A stretch of DNA of 63,542 bases, filler included, from 8 parts of 8 records of this genome joined end to end with filler, not necessarily neighbours in it; one strand, 5' to 3'. Numbered from the whole stretch's first letter, positions 34,219 to 43,922 are shown. Made by a program: numbers and translations. Notes: a model not told the origin generated them from the letters alone.

Positions 34219-34254
34219 TGTAACAATTATAGTTACAAGTTGTGAAAAAATCAA
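34219..34254 (-). promoter_or_regulatory. Rrf2 gene promoter with overlapping operator
   Basis: TTGATT(34254-49)-17-TATAAT(34231-26); palindrome TGTAAC-AATTATA-GTTACA at 34219-34237. Confidence 0.8.
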
Positions 34255-34328
34255 CTTTTTTTAAAATTTTCCCATCTCTTCTTTTTATTCAATAAATACT
34301 AGAGTTTTAAAAGTAATAAAAAATTCCC

Positions 34329-34357
34329 TTGACATTAGTTTGATATCCAACTATAAT
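34329..34357 (+). promoter_or_regulatory. Consensus promoter of marR with operator in the spacer
   Basis: TTGACA-17-TATAAT; palindrome TAGTTTGATATCCAACTA at 34336-34353. Confidence 0.85.
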
Positions 34358-34363
34358 TAAGGC

Positions 34364-34792
34364 ATGAAAATTGATAACACTTTTTATTTAATAAGTCGAA
34401 TAAAGCACCTATCAGCTTCTTATATCGAAAAGGAACTGAAAAGCAAGAACATAGAAGGAATCTCATCATCTCATGGTGATATCCTCTGTACTTTGAATCA
34501 AAAAGATGGCATAGCTATGTCAGAAATCGCTGATACTATTAGAAAAGATAGATCTACCGTTACAACGCTCATATCCAAACTAGTAAAGAATGGTTATGTA
34601 GAGCTTCGAAAAAACGAAGCTGATAGTCGATCAACTCTTGTCTACCTTTCAGAAAAGGGACATAATTTGAATCCTAATTTCGAAAGCATATCACGTGAGC
34701 TTTTTAAGCTTTCGAAAAAAGATATAAACAAGGAAGACTGGCAAACATTTAATGTTGTGCTTCAAAAATTAGTTGAAAATTTAAATAGTTAA
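34364..34792 (+). CDS. MarR-family transcriptional regulator
   Basis: SHGDIL, KDRSTVTTLISKLVKNGYV, DSRSTLVYLSEKG. Confidence 0.93.
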   Translation: MKIDNTFYLISRIKHLSASYIEKELKSKNIEGISSSHGDILCTLNQKDGIAMSEIADTIRKDRSTVTTLISKLVKNGYVELRKNEADSRSTLVYLSEKGHNLNPNFESISRELFKLSKKDINKEDWQTFNVVLQKLVENLNS

Positions 34793-34799
34793 TTTTTAT

Positions 34800-34832
34800 A
34801 TGCTTCGTTAATTTCAATCGAAGCATTTTTTT
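34800..34832 (+). terminator. Intrinsic terminator after marR
   Basis: ATGCTTCG...CGAAGCAT followed by a T-run. Confidence 0.75.
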
Positions 34833-34840
34833 CAGACACA

Positions 34841-34858
34841 TAGTTGGATGTCCAATTA
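34841..34858. promoter_or_regulatory. Second MarR operator
   Basis: TAGTTGGATGTCCAATTA, near-identical to the 34336 palindrome. Confidence 0.75.
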
Positions 34859-34909
34859 AAATTAGCTGTTTAATCATATAAAAAATATAAATTAATCGGA
34901 GGTAACAAA

Positions 34910-35120
34910 ATGACAGAAGTATCAAATTTTTTAACAGAAAACCCTAATGTATTTTTCGCAACAGTTGATGGTGATTTACCAAAAGTAAGACCATTCCAAT
35001 TTATGTATGCAGATGGTGAAAAATTATTTTTTTCTACAAACAGCGAGAAACCTGTATATAGACAATTAGAGGCAAACCCTAATATTGAGGTTTCATCAAT
35101 GTCACCTAAAATGGAATGGA
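34910..35120 (+). CDS. Pyridoxamine 5'-phosphate oxidase-like FMN-binding protein (3'-truncated)
   Basis: FFATVDGDLPKVRPF, LFFSTNSEKPVYRQLEANPNIEV. Confidence 0.85.
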
Positions 35121-35220
35121 NNNNNNNNNNNNNNNNNNNNNNNNNNNNNNNNNNNNNNNNNNNNTTAATTAATTAANNNNNNNNNNNNNNNNNNNNNNNN
35201 NNNNNNNNNNNNNNNNNNNN
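35121..35220. other. Artificial contig spacer
   Basis: N44-TTAATTAATTAA-N44. Confidence 0.99.
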
Positions 35221-35813
35221 TCCAATTACAAACGATACAAAAGTACCGGTGAATGTTTCAGTTGTAATAATCACTTCTGGATACCCATATACTTGACCCA
35301 CTTTGATTTGGGATATTTGATTTGCTCACTAATGAAGTAATATTTCATCCTGCATTGATGCTATTGGGGTCTTATCTATCTCAGCTGTGTATTTCTTGCG
35401 CTAGTTATATCTTAATTTTGAACTGAAAAAGCATATTATAAGCAAATAAAAAGACCACATCTCATCACCGAAATGCGGTCGCAATAGACTTGTTTTTTTA
35501 GTATAGCTAAGGATTTTATATATACATATATAAGGTGTGATCCAATAGCCAGAAAATATAATTTTTAAAAATAATATCTTCGGAATCTGGAATAAAAATG
35601 CACTATGAAAAATAGCGAAAATATTTTACCCGATCTTATTATTGATGAGTAAAAATTCATGCAGTACACTTTAACACAAACCAGTAATAGGCATTTTAGG
35701 CATGATATACATCTACACATCTAGATAACGATGGCATAATATATATAAAAAAGCATATAATGACAATGAATAAGCATTTTATCATATGTTGGTGATAAAA
35801 TAAGATAAAATAG

Positions 35814-35858
35814 TTGACATTATGATAATATTGAGATAATATATGAAACAAGCTTAAG
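35814..35858 (+). promoter_or_regulatory. Putative promoter and operator of the sugar ABC operon
   Basis: TTGACA-17-TAATAT followed by ATGAAACAAGCTTAAG, repeated at 36053-36068. Confidence 0.5.
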
Positions 35859-36205
35859 TTAGTAAGTTTGCATAAATTAAGGACTAACAAAAAAACCTAT
35901 AATTATATTGTGCTACTATTACGTGTATTGCAAAGAAGCACAACTTTATAATTAGATCATAAAGTGGAGAGGTTATTTATCTATAATTATGGACACTCAA
36001 AGTTTAAGTGTAGGAAATCACAAGACATAAATGAAATAATTTTACTGACAAAATGAAATAAGCTTAAGCACATTCTATATTGTTATCAAGGCTAAAGTGT
36101 TATTGATTGGTGGTGCTCTAGTCATACTAAACCGTTAGAGATTTAAACAATGTTTATACTTATGTGTTAAATCATGAGTTAATAAAAATACTAGGAGGAA
36201 ATAAA

Positions 36206-37258
36206 ATGAAAAAAGCAATTACTATGTTGGTTGTTATTTTGCTAGTGGGAAGTCTTTTTGGCTGTAGCAATGCAGTTGAACCAGTAAAAGATGAACTTGT
36301 AAATGTAGAAGCAACTACAGAAGAAGTGGCTACAGAAGAAGGCAAAGATTACACTATTGCAGTTGTCCCTAAAGACAACACAGATCCTTGGTTTGTTAGA
36401 ATGGAGGAAGGTGTAGTAAAATTTAGTGAAGAAACTGGTTTAAATGCCTTTCAAAAAGGTTCGGCTGAAACAGATGCTACAATGCAAGCTCAAATCATTA
36501 CAGATTTGATCGCGCAACAAGTGGATGCTATTTGCGTGGTGCCTGTTGATCCAGCGGCGTTAGAGCTTGTACTTGGAAAAGCTTTAGATGCAGGAATAGT
36601 AGTCGTTACACATGAAGGATCAACTCAGGAGAACACACTTTTTAATATCGAAGCTTTTGATAATAATGCGTATGGTGCATTCATTATGGACAATTTAGCG
36701 GCAGCTATGGGTGAAGAAGGTAAATATGTAACGATGGTAGGTCACATTACAAATGCTTCACACAATGAGTGGGCTGATGGTGCGATTGAAAGACAAAAAG
36801 ATGCATATCCAAATATGGTTCTTATTGAAGAAGATATGAAAGTAGAATCTCAAGATGATGGCGAAATTGCTTATCAAAAAGCAAAAGAAATCTTGAAAAA
36901 ATATCCTGATCTAAAAGGAATTATTGGTACATCTTCATATGATTCTCCTGGAGTAGCAAGGGCTATTGAAGAGCTTGGATTACAAGGCAAGGTATTCACA
37001 TGTGGAACAGGTATGCCTGAAGAGAATAAGGCTATTCTTGAAAAAGGTTTAGTTCCTGCACTTACTTTGTGGGATCCTGCGGATGCTGGTTATGCAATGT
37101 GCTCACTTGCACAAATGATTCTTGATGGAGAAGAGGTTACAGACGGTATTGATTTAGGATTAGAAGGTTACACTAACATGAAATTAGTTGGCAAACAACT
37201 TCTAGGCGCTGGTTGGGTTACAATTACTAAAGAAAATGTTGATTCATTTGGATTCTAA
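36206..37258 (+). CDS. Sugar ABC transporter substrate-binding lipoprotein (LsrB/RhaS-like)
   Basis: Lipobox LFGC, IAVVPK..PWFVRMEEGV, VVTHE, LWDPADAGY; ATG after AGGAGG. Confidence 0.88.
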   Translation: MKKAITMLVVILLVGSLFGCSNAVEPVKDELVNVEATTEEVATEEGKDYTIAVVPKDNTDPWFVRMEEGVVKFSEETGLNAFQKGSAETDATMQAQIITDLIAQQVDAICVVPVDPAALELVLGKALDAGIVVVTHEGSTQENTLFNIEAFDNNAYGAFIMDNLAAAMGEEGKYVTMVGHITNASHNEWADGAIERQKDAYPNMVLIEEDMKVESQDDGEIAYQKAKEILKKYPDLKGIIGTSSYDSPGVARAIEELGLQGKVFTCGTGMPEENKAILEKGLVPALTLWDPADAGYAMCSLAQMILDGEEVTDGIDLGLEGYTNMKLVGKQLLGAGWVTITKENVDSFGF

Positions 37259-37267
37259 ATGATATTT

Positions 37268-37301
37268 GCCGCAGAAATATGAGCACCAGAGTTTCTGCGG
37301 C
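37268..37301 (+). other. Intercistronic hairpin after the binding-protein gene
   Basis: GCCGCAGAAA...TTTCTGCGGC with no U-tail; likely stabilises the upstream mRNA segment. Confidence 0.55.
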
Positions 37302-37360
37302 GTAAATAAAAAAAATTATAATAATTTTTACTGATAATATTAGAAAGGACGCAATGATAA

Positions 37361-38859
37361 ATGCCTGAATTTGTATTGGAAACAAAAGGTGTTGTAAAAT
37401 CTTTTGCGGGTGTTAGAGCCCTAAAAGGTGTAGATTTACAGCTAAAAAAAGGTGAAATACACTGTCTTGCTGGCGAAAATGGAAGTGGGAAATCAACACT
37501 AATTAAAATTATATCTGGCGTGTATAGTTTGGATGCTGGTCAAGTAATCCTTAATGGGAAAAAACAAAATAAAATCACACCTATTGATGCGATAATGAGT
37601 GGTGTACAGGTAATATATCAAGACTTTTCCGTTTTTCCTAATCTGACAGTTATGGAAAATATAGCACTAAACGGTGAGCTTGCAAAGAAGAAAAAATTAC
37701 TAATTGGAAAAGATATGAGGAAATTGCTAAAGAAAGTGTAAAAAAGATAAATTTTAATGTAGATTTGCAGGCAAAAGTAGGAGAACTCTCCATCGCTGAT
37801 AAGCAGCTTGTTGCGATTTCTCGTGCAATGATAAATAATGCTGAGCTCATTATTATGGATGAACCTACAACTGCTTTAACAAAAAAAGAAGTCAATGCTC
37901 TATTCGAAATTATAAAAGACTTGCAGGCTAAAGGAATATCATTTTTATTTGTCAGCCATAAGCTTGATGAAGTTTTTGAAATTTCGGACAGATTTACTAT
38001 ATTGAGAAATGGTGAAAACGTAAAATCTGGTAACACATCGGATTTAGATAATGAAAAGTTTACATACTATATGACAGGGCGAAAATTTGAGAATGAATTC
38101 TTTGTTCCTGATATAAAAGATCATAATCCAATCCTTGAAGTTAAAGGTCTTACATCAAAAAATAATTACGAAGATATTTCGTTCGATCTAAAGAAGGGTG
38201 AAATATTGGGTATAACTGGACTGCTTGGTTCAGGACGAAGAGAATTAGCTTTATCACTTTTCTGTATTCATAAGGCAGATAAAGGCGATATTTTGATAAA
38301 TGGTAAGAAGGCAAAACTAAAATCAGTCAAAGATGCTATTAGTCATAAAATCGGATATGTTCCTGAAGATCGGCTGACGGAAGGTCTGTTTTTGAGCCAA
38401 TCGATTGGTCGTAACATTATCATATCAAAAATCAAACGCTTGGCACATAAAAATGGTTTTTTAAAAAAGAATTTAATTCAGACTGAGATACAAAATGCTA
38501 TCGAAAAGCTTTCGATAGTTACACCTGATTCAGAGAACCCAGTTGATACTCTTTCTGGGGGAAACCAGCAAAGAGTTGTACTTGCGAAATGGCTGGCAAC
38601 CCAGTTGGACATTCTAATTCTTAATGGCCCGACTGTAGGTGTTGATATTGGCTCAAAGCATGATATTCATGAACTATTGCGTTCACTGGCAAAAGAAGGG
38701 ATGGCAATAATAATAATTTCAGATGATTTGCCAGAGGTAATAACCACTTGTAATCGCATCTTGATTATGAAATCTGGAAAAATAACTGAAGATATAGTTA
38801 CGACTGAAATAAATGAAAAAGAGCTATCACAAAAAACGATGTTAGATGATACTGTATAG
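37361..38859 (+). CDS. Sugar ABC transporter ATP-binding protein (two NBDs), split by a 1-A loss at ~37695
   Basis: [26 protein letters not shown]; corrected frame reads [17 protein letters not shown]. Confidence 0.92.
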
Positions 38860-38883
38860 CTCATATTTTAGGAGAGGGACCTC

Positions 38884-40932
38884 ATGATAAGAAAGATATT
38901 AAGAAAAACAGAGTTTTATATATTTTTAACAATCATAGCAATATGTATATTGATTGAAATAAGAAGTGGACAATTTTTTACAGGAAATAACATCATCGAT
39001 ATTATGCGTTCTATGATTGTACCAGGCATGTTCAGTATTGTTGTTTTCATGGTAATTGTCTCAGGTGGAATAGATGTTTCTTTTCCAGCAGTAGCATCGC
39101 TTAGCATGTACGCAACCACGAGGATACTAGTTGATGCAAATTACCAAGGACCTGTTATCTTGCCATTTTTAATGGCTGCTGGATTTGGACTTGTTTTAGG
39201 AGCGATAAATGGAGGATTGATAGCAAATCTTAATTTCCCAACGCTTATTGTAACACTAGGAACTCAGAGTGTATTCAGAGGCATAATGCAGGGTGTATTA
39301 AAATCTGTACAAATACCTGATATACCAGAATCGATGTATAATTTTGGTCGTTCAAAACTTATTGTCGGCGTGAATCCAGATACTGGGATGACTTCAAATC
39401 TACCAACTGCATTTTTATTCTTTCTCGTTTTAATTGCAATCACATTTTTTATAATGAGATATACATTTATTGGTCGAGGAATATATGCAATAGGTGCTGA
39501 TGAAAGCTCTGCAGAAAGAGCAGGCTTCAAAGTTAAAAAAATTAAATTCCTTATTTATTGCTATACTGGCCTTGTTGCAGGTGTAGTAGGATTGATTAGA
39601 GTTTGTCTTATGCAACAGTGTCACCCAACCAATTTACTTGGCACAGAAATGATTGTTATAGCTGCTGTGGCTTTAGGTGGCACAAGCATTAGTGGTGGAA
39701 CGGGTACGATAATAGGAACAGTGTTAGGAATTATTCTTTTAATTACGATGCAGAATAGTCTGCTATTGCTGGGAATACCAACGTACTGGCAGGAGTTTTT
39801 CACCGGCTTACTTATAATTGTCGGAGTTGCTGTATCTGCTATGCAAGTCAGAAGAACAAATAAGGTAATGGGCTTAAAATTAGCTAGTGCAGGGGGAGCA
39901 AAATTGAAAAACAAAGGATTAATAAATAGAATCGAAAATAAAATGTTTAAAGATCAGCACGTTAAAAGACTATGGATTATTTTAATTTTGATACTAGTGA
40001 CTCTCACAACTTTAAAAGGTAGCTTGTTCTTTTCAATCGCTAACTTTAAAGGAATGGCATATCAATTCCCAGAGTTTGGGTTGATGGCTTTAGGAATTAT
40101 GCTAACAATGATTATAAGTGGGATTGATTTATCGGTTGTTGGCGTTGCAAATACAGCATCAATAGTGGCAGCAAAAATAATGCTGGCAACTATACCAAAA
40201 GATGAAATTGGTCTTACTTCGACACTTTATGTTTTGATAGCAATTGTATCAGCTGTGACTGTTGGAATGATAGCAGGGCTATTTAATGGCATTTTAATAT
40301 CAAAATTAAGGATACCTCCAATTTTGGCAACGCTGGGTAGCATGTCTTTGTTCTCCGGAATCGCGATTGTACTCACTGAAGGTAGACCAATAAGCGGAAT
40401 GCCACATGCTTTTACACAAATTGGAAGTTTTGAATTGTTTGGATTTATTCCAGTTAGCTTACTCGTGTTTATCATTGCAGCTATTGTTGTCAGTTTACTA
40501 CTAAGCAAAACCAAATTTGGAACAAGTATATTTATGCTAGGCACAAATGAAAAAGCCTCCCAATTTAGTGGACTTAATAATTCGAGACTGATAAATAGGA
40601 CATATATGTATTCAGGTCTGTTAGCATCAATAGCTGGTTTGATTATGCTTATGAATTATAATTCTGCCAAAGCTGATTATGGGGTAGTATATACGCTACA
40701 GTGTATATTGATCGTTGTTTTAGGTGGCGTAAATCCGCTAGGTGGCCATGGTAAGGCTAGTGGTGTCGTTTTAGCAATCATTATTCTTCAGTTATTATCA
40801 TCTGGCTTGAATATGTTCTCGCAAATAAGTAGCTTCTATCGCTTGCTTCTTTGGGGTGTAGTTTTACTTCTCGTCATGATAACTAATTATATATCTGATA
40901 AACGAAAGCAAAATAGGATAAAAACTCAGTAG
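38884..40932 (+). CDS. Two RbsC-like sugar ABC permeases read as one ORF (junction ~39890-39906)
   Basis: Two complete BPD_transp_2 units (SGGIDVS / SGIDLS); internal RBS GGGGGAG plus TTG at 39904. Confidence 0.85.
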   Translation: MIRKILRKTEFYIFLTIIAICILIEIRSGQFFTGNNIIDIMRSMIVPGMFSIVVFMVIVSGGIDVSFPAVASLSMYATTRILVDANYQGPVILPFLMAAGFGLVLGAINGGLIANLNFPTLIVTLGTQSVFRGIMQGVLKSVQIPDIPESMYNFGRSKLIVGVNPDTGMTSNLPTAFLFFLVLIAITFFIMRYTFIGRGIYAIGADESSAERAGFKVKKIKFLIYCYTGLVAGVVGLIRVCLMQQCHPTNLLGTEMIVIAAVALGGTSISGGTGTIIGTVLGIILLITMQNSLLLLGIPTYWQEFFTGLLIIVGVAVSAMQVRRTNKVMGLKLASAGGAKLKNKGLINRIENKMFKDQHVKRLWIILILILVTLTTLKGSLFFSIANFKGMAYQFPEFGLMALGIMLTMIISGIDLSVVGVANTASIVAAKIMLATIPKDEIGLTSTLYVLIAIVSAVTVGMIAGLFNGILISKLRIPPILATLGSMSLFSGIAIVLTEGRPISGMPHAFTQIGSFELFGFIPVSLLVFIIAAIVVSLLLSKTKFGTSIFMLGTNEKASQFSGLNNSRLINRTYMYSGLLASIAGLIMLMNYNSAKADYGVVYTLQCILIVVLGGVNPLGGHGKASGVVLAIIILQLLSSGLNMFSQISSFYRLLLWGVVLLLVMITNYISDKRKQNRIKTQ

Positions 40933-41006
40933 GGGACTAATTTAACTTAAACAGTAATACTTAAGGGTTAAAAGAACAAACATGTCACTAGAAAGGTTGG
41001 TGTAAT

Positions 41007-41085
41007 ATGAAAGAATTTTTGCTTGGAATAGATATAGGAACTACTGCAACAAAATTAGTATTAATTCATAAAGATGGAGAAATAG
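41007..41085 (+). CDS. FGGY-family carbohydrate kinase, N-terminal fragment (not in ORF track)
   Basis: MKEFLLGIDIGTTATKLVLIHKDGEI after RBS AAGG. Confidence 0.8.
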
Positions 41086-41185
41086 NNNNNNNNNNNNNNN
41101 NNNNNNNNNNNNNNNNNNNNNNNNNNNNNTTAATTAATTAANNNNNNNNNNNNNNNNNNNNNNNNNNNNNNNNNNNNNNNNNNNN
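41086..41185. other. Artificial contig spacer
   Basis: N44-TTAATTAATTAA-N44. Confidence 0.99.
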
Positions 41186-41527
41186 GTTCATTACATCATC
41201 CCAATCTTTTTCAGTAAAATTAATAGAATCTTCTCTTCTAATGATACCGGCGTTATTTACTAAAATATCAACTCTTCCAAATGTCTCAACCGCTTTATCA
41301 ATGATTCCTTGAATTGGATCAATAGTTAATAGATTAGCTTTTATTCCTAAGAATTTACCACCTATAGCTTCAATTTTATCTTTTGTTTCTGGTGTATCGA
41401 CATAGTCTACTCCAACTACGCTTGCACCGGCTTGTGCAAGACCAAGGCACATTCCCTGACCTAAACCAGTACTACAACCTGTTACGATTGCTACTTTTCC
41501 TTCTAATTCAAAATTATTTAAAACCAT
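41186..41527 (-). CDS. kduD: 2-dehydro-3-deoxy-D-gluconate 5-dehydrogenase (3'-truncated)
   Basis: VTGCSTGLGQG, ILVNNAGIIRR, FTEKDWDDVMN; follows kduI. Confidence 0.92.
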
Positions 41528-41580
41528 TATTCTCCTCCATTATTTCCAGTAATTGATTTATTTCTATCCAAAATTATATT

Positions 41581-42411
41581 TTACTTAAGATCTTCCATAG
41601 CTACATGATCCATGTCAGTGAATGTTTGGTTTTCTCCAGCCATCCCCCAAATGAATGTGTATTTTCCTGTTCCTACTCCCGAATGAATAGACCATGATGG
41701 AGATATAGTAGCTTCTTCATTTTTCATAACAATATGTCTAGTTTCGTTTGGCTCTCCTAATAAATGGAAAACTCTAGCGTCTGGTGCCATATCGAAATAT
41801 AGATAAACTTCCATTCTTCTATCATGAGTGTGACACGGCATTGTGTTCCACGCACTACCTTCTTCTAGGATAGTCATTCCCATTACTAATTGACATGATT
41901 TACAAACTGCTGGATGAACATATTGATAAATTGTTCTTACATTTAAGTTTGCGGGGTCTCCTAGTTTAACAGGGTTAGCATTTTCAATTGCAATTTTTAC
42001 TGTTGGATAATTAACGTGTGCCGGAGCTGAGTTTAGATAAAATTTAGCAGGATTTGATGCATCTTTTGATTTAAAGATAACATCTTTGATTCCCATACCT
42101 ACATATAAACCATCTCTCGCTTTGATGTCATACTCTACACCGTCTAAAGTAACTATACCATCTCCACCAATGTTAATAATTCCTAACTCTCTTCTTTCTA
42201 GAAAATATTCTGCTCCAATCTCTTTACCTGCTTCTAGTTTTAATTCCTTGTTAGCAGGTGTAGCCGAACCAGCAATAACTCTATCATAGTGTGAGTAAAC
42301 TAGCTTTAGCTCATCATTTTGAAATAAGCCATCTATAAGAAATTCCTTTCTAATTCTTTCTGTATCATAACTTTTTGCATCGATGTTACTTGATGAGTAC
42401 CTAACTTCCAT
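41581..42411 (-). CDS. kduI: 5-dehydro-4-deoxy-D-glucuronate isomerase
   Basis: FLERRELGIINIGG, WNTMPCHTHDRRMEVY, SPSWSIHSG, WGMAGEN. Confidence 0.97.
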   Translation of the reverse strand: MEVRYSSSNIDAKSYDTERIRKEFLIDGLFQNDELKLVYSHYDRVIAGSATPANKELKLEAGKEIGAEYFLERRELGIINIGGDGIVTLDGVEYDIKARDGLYVGMGIKDVIFKSKDASNPAKFYLNSAPAHVNYPTVKIAIENANPVKLGDPANLNVRTIYQYVHPAVCKSCQLVMGMTILEEGSAWNTMPCHTHDRRMEVYLYFDMAPDARVFHLLGEPNETRHIVMKNEEATISPSWSIHSGVGTGKYTFIWGMAGENQTFTDMDHVAMEDLK

Positions 42412-42500
42412 TATAAATCCTCCTGTGTTTTATTTAAATTTAATTTCTTTATTCAGATTATGCCCTTATTAGGCGGTTTTGATATTTAGTGTTCTATTTA

Positions 42501-42556
42501 CGTTAGTTTGTATGCTAAACTAATATAATGATACCTTATGATTTTATATTTTTCAA
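42501..42556 (-). promoter_or_regulatory. kduID promoter and 25-bp ROK-type operator
   Basis: TTGAAA(42556-51)-17-TATCAT(42533-28); operator CGTTAGTTTGTATGCTAAACTAATA at 42501-42525. Confidence 0.75.
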
Positions 42557-42705
42557 GTATAAATGCAAAAATATAACTGAGGTATTCAATCATCATTAAA
42601 GCATTGAATTTACAGCGTTTTTACATAGAGATAAAATTATTCCTTTGTTTTGTATGCAATATATATAATTTCATAAAAATGAAATTATTTATTTAGCTCT
42701 TAAGG

Positions 42706-42730
42706 AGTTAGTTATAAAATTAAACTAACT
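42706..42730. promoter_or_regulatory. 25-bp ROK-type operator
   Basis: AGTTAGTTATAAAATTAAACTAACT. Confidence 0.75.
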
Positions 42731-42905
42731 TATAAGTCTAGTTTTTATTAGATTTATAAGATGTTAAGTAAATATTAATTTTAATCTTTGAAAAGTTAAA
42801 TCCAAGTAAATTAATCTAGATATTGACTTTGCAAAATAATTGTAATAGACTTACTTTAAAATCTTAACTATGAAAATATTAATAAAATAAAAGATTGGAG
42901 AGTAG

Positions 42906-43856
42906 ATGGAGAGAATAAATTTACCTAAAACAGTGATAGCATATACTCATAATTCGTATGAAAAAAGAAAAGGTCGTTGGCCGAATAATAATATAATTGA
43001 ACAGCTTGATATGGGGATTCGTGCATTAGAGTTTGATGTTTGGGATAGTTTTGGAGGAATAGCTCACGGCATGAAGAAAACTAATCAACATGTCAAAAAT
43101 ATGGATGAAGCATTTCAGCAAATACTTGAATGGTCGGATAAGAATCCAAAACATTTTCCACTTATATTAATGTTTGAGCTCATTGATAATGGGAAATTAG
43201 TACTTACATCAAAAGAAAATAAATTTGAAAGAGAAAAAAGAGCTATAAGTATTCGAGCCAAAATTGAAGTTTTGGTTGAAAAGTTGTCTTTCTATTTAAA
43301 AGAGGAGAAAGTCATTAGCTATGAGGAGTCCCTTGATTCTATTGAACAACTAAGGGGAAAATTTCTAATTACTGTTTTTCGAAAATTTAATACTCCTTAC
43401 TTTAAGCCTCGAGGGAAAGGTTACTCTGTAAGTCAAACTATCTCTTTAGATGAATCGCTGGAACTTAGCCAAAAGACAGTTTTGGGAAATAAATATAGTA
43501 AAATGCTGGTAGATAATAATGTTTTTCTGATGCCTAGATATTTAGCCAATGAAAATCCAGATAACTGGGATTTTACTGACCCTGATTATAATGCCATGCT
43601 TGCATTGGAGTCATTTGCAGATTTGGAGAATAAGATGTTAAGGACATTAAAACAAGATAATATTCATTATAAGTCAAGTTTAATTAACGAAAACACCTAT
43701 TTAGTTAGCGGTGTTAGAAGTAGGAGTGGAGAGAAAAAGGAAGTTTTGGCTAATGTGCTTGGAGCTGATAATATGGCTGATATTAATAAAGATGCAGAAA
43801 TACAGGAAATACTTAAATCTGGTGAGATGATTGTTAGAAAAAATAGATTGAAATAA
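42906..43856 (+). CDS. PI-PLC X-domain-like phosphodiesterase, no signal peptide
   Basis: THNSY, EQLDMGIRALEFDV, IAHG, EWSDKNPKHFPL; promoter TTGACT-17-TAGACT at 42823-42851. Confidence 0.72.
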   Translation: MERINLPKTVIAYTHNSYEKRKGRWPNNNIIEQLDMGIRALEFDVWDSFGGIAHGMKKTNQHVKNMDEAFQQILEWSDKNPKHFPLILMFELIDNGKLVLTSKENKFEREKRAISIRAKIEVLVEKLSFYLKEEKVISYEESLDSIEQLRGKFLITVFRKFNTPYFKPRGKGYSVSQTISLDESLELSQKTVLGNKYSKMLVDNNVFLMPRYLANENPDNWDFTDPDYNAMLALESFADLENKMLRTLKQDNIHYKSSLINENTYLVSGVRSRSGEKKEVLANVLGADNMADINKDAEIQEILKSGEMIVRKNRLK

Positions 43857-43886
43857 TAGTGGTTGGAGAGAATTTCTATAAAATAT

Positions 43887-43922
43887 AAAGGCTGACTAAA
43901 ATTAAAATTTTAGCCAGCCTTT
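43887..43922. terminator. Terminator between convergent genes
   Basis: AAAGGCTGACTAAAAT-TAAA-ATTTTAGCCAGCCTTT. Confidence 0.75.

Noticed and set aside
35221..35890. Possible genes in the 5' part of contig E, including the 64-aa ORF 35696-35890
   Set aside because: AT-rich, no RBS or recognisable motif; the ORF overlaps the predicted promoter. A short minus-strand frame at the contig edge is too small to call
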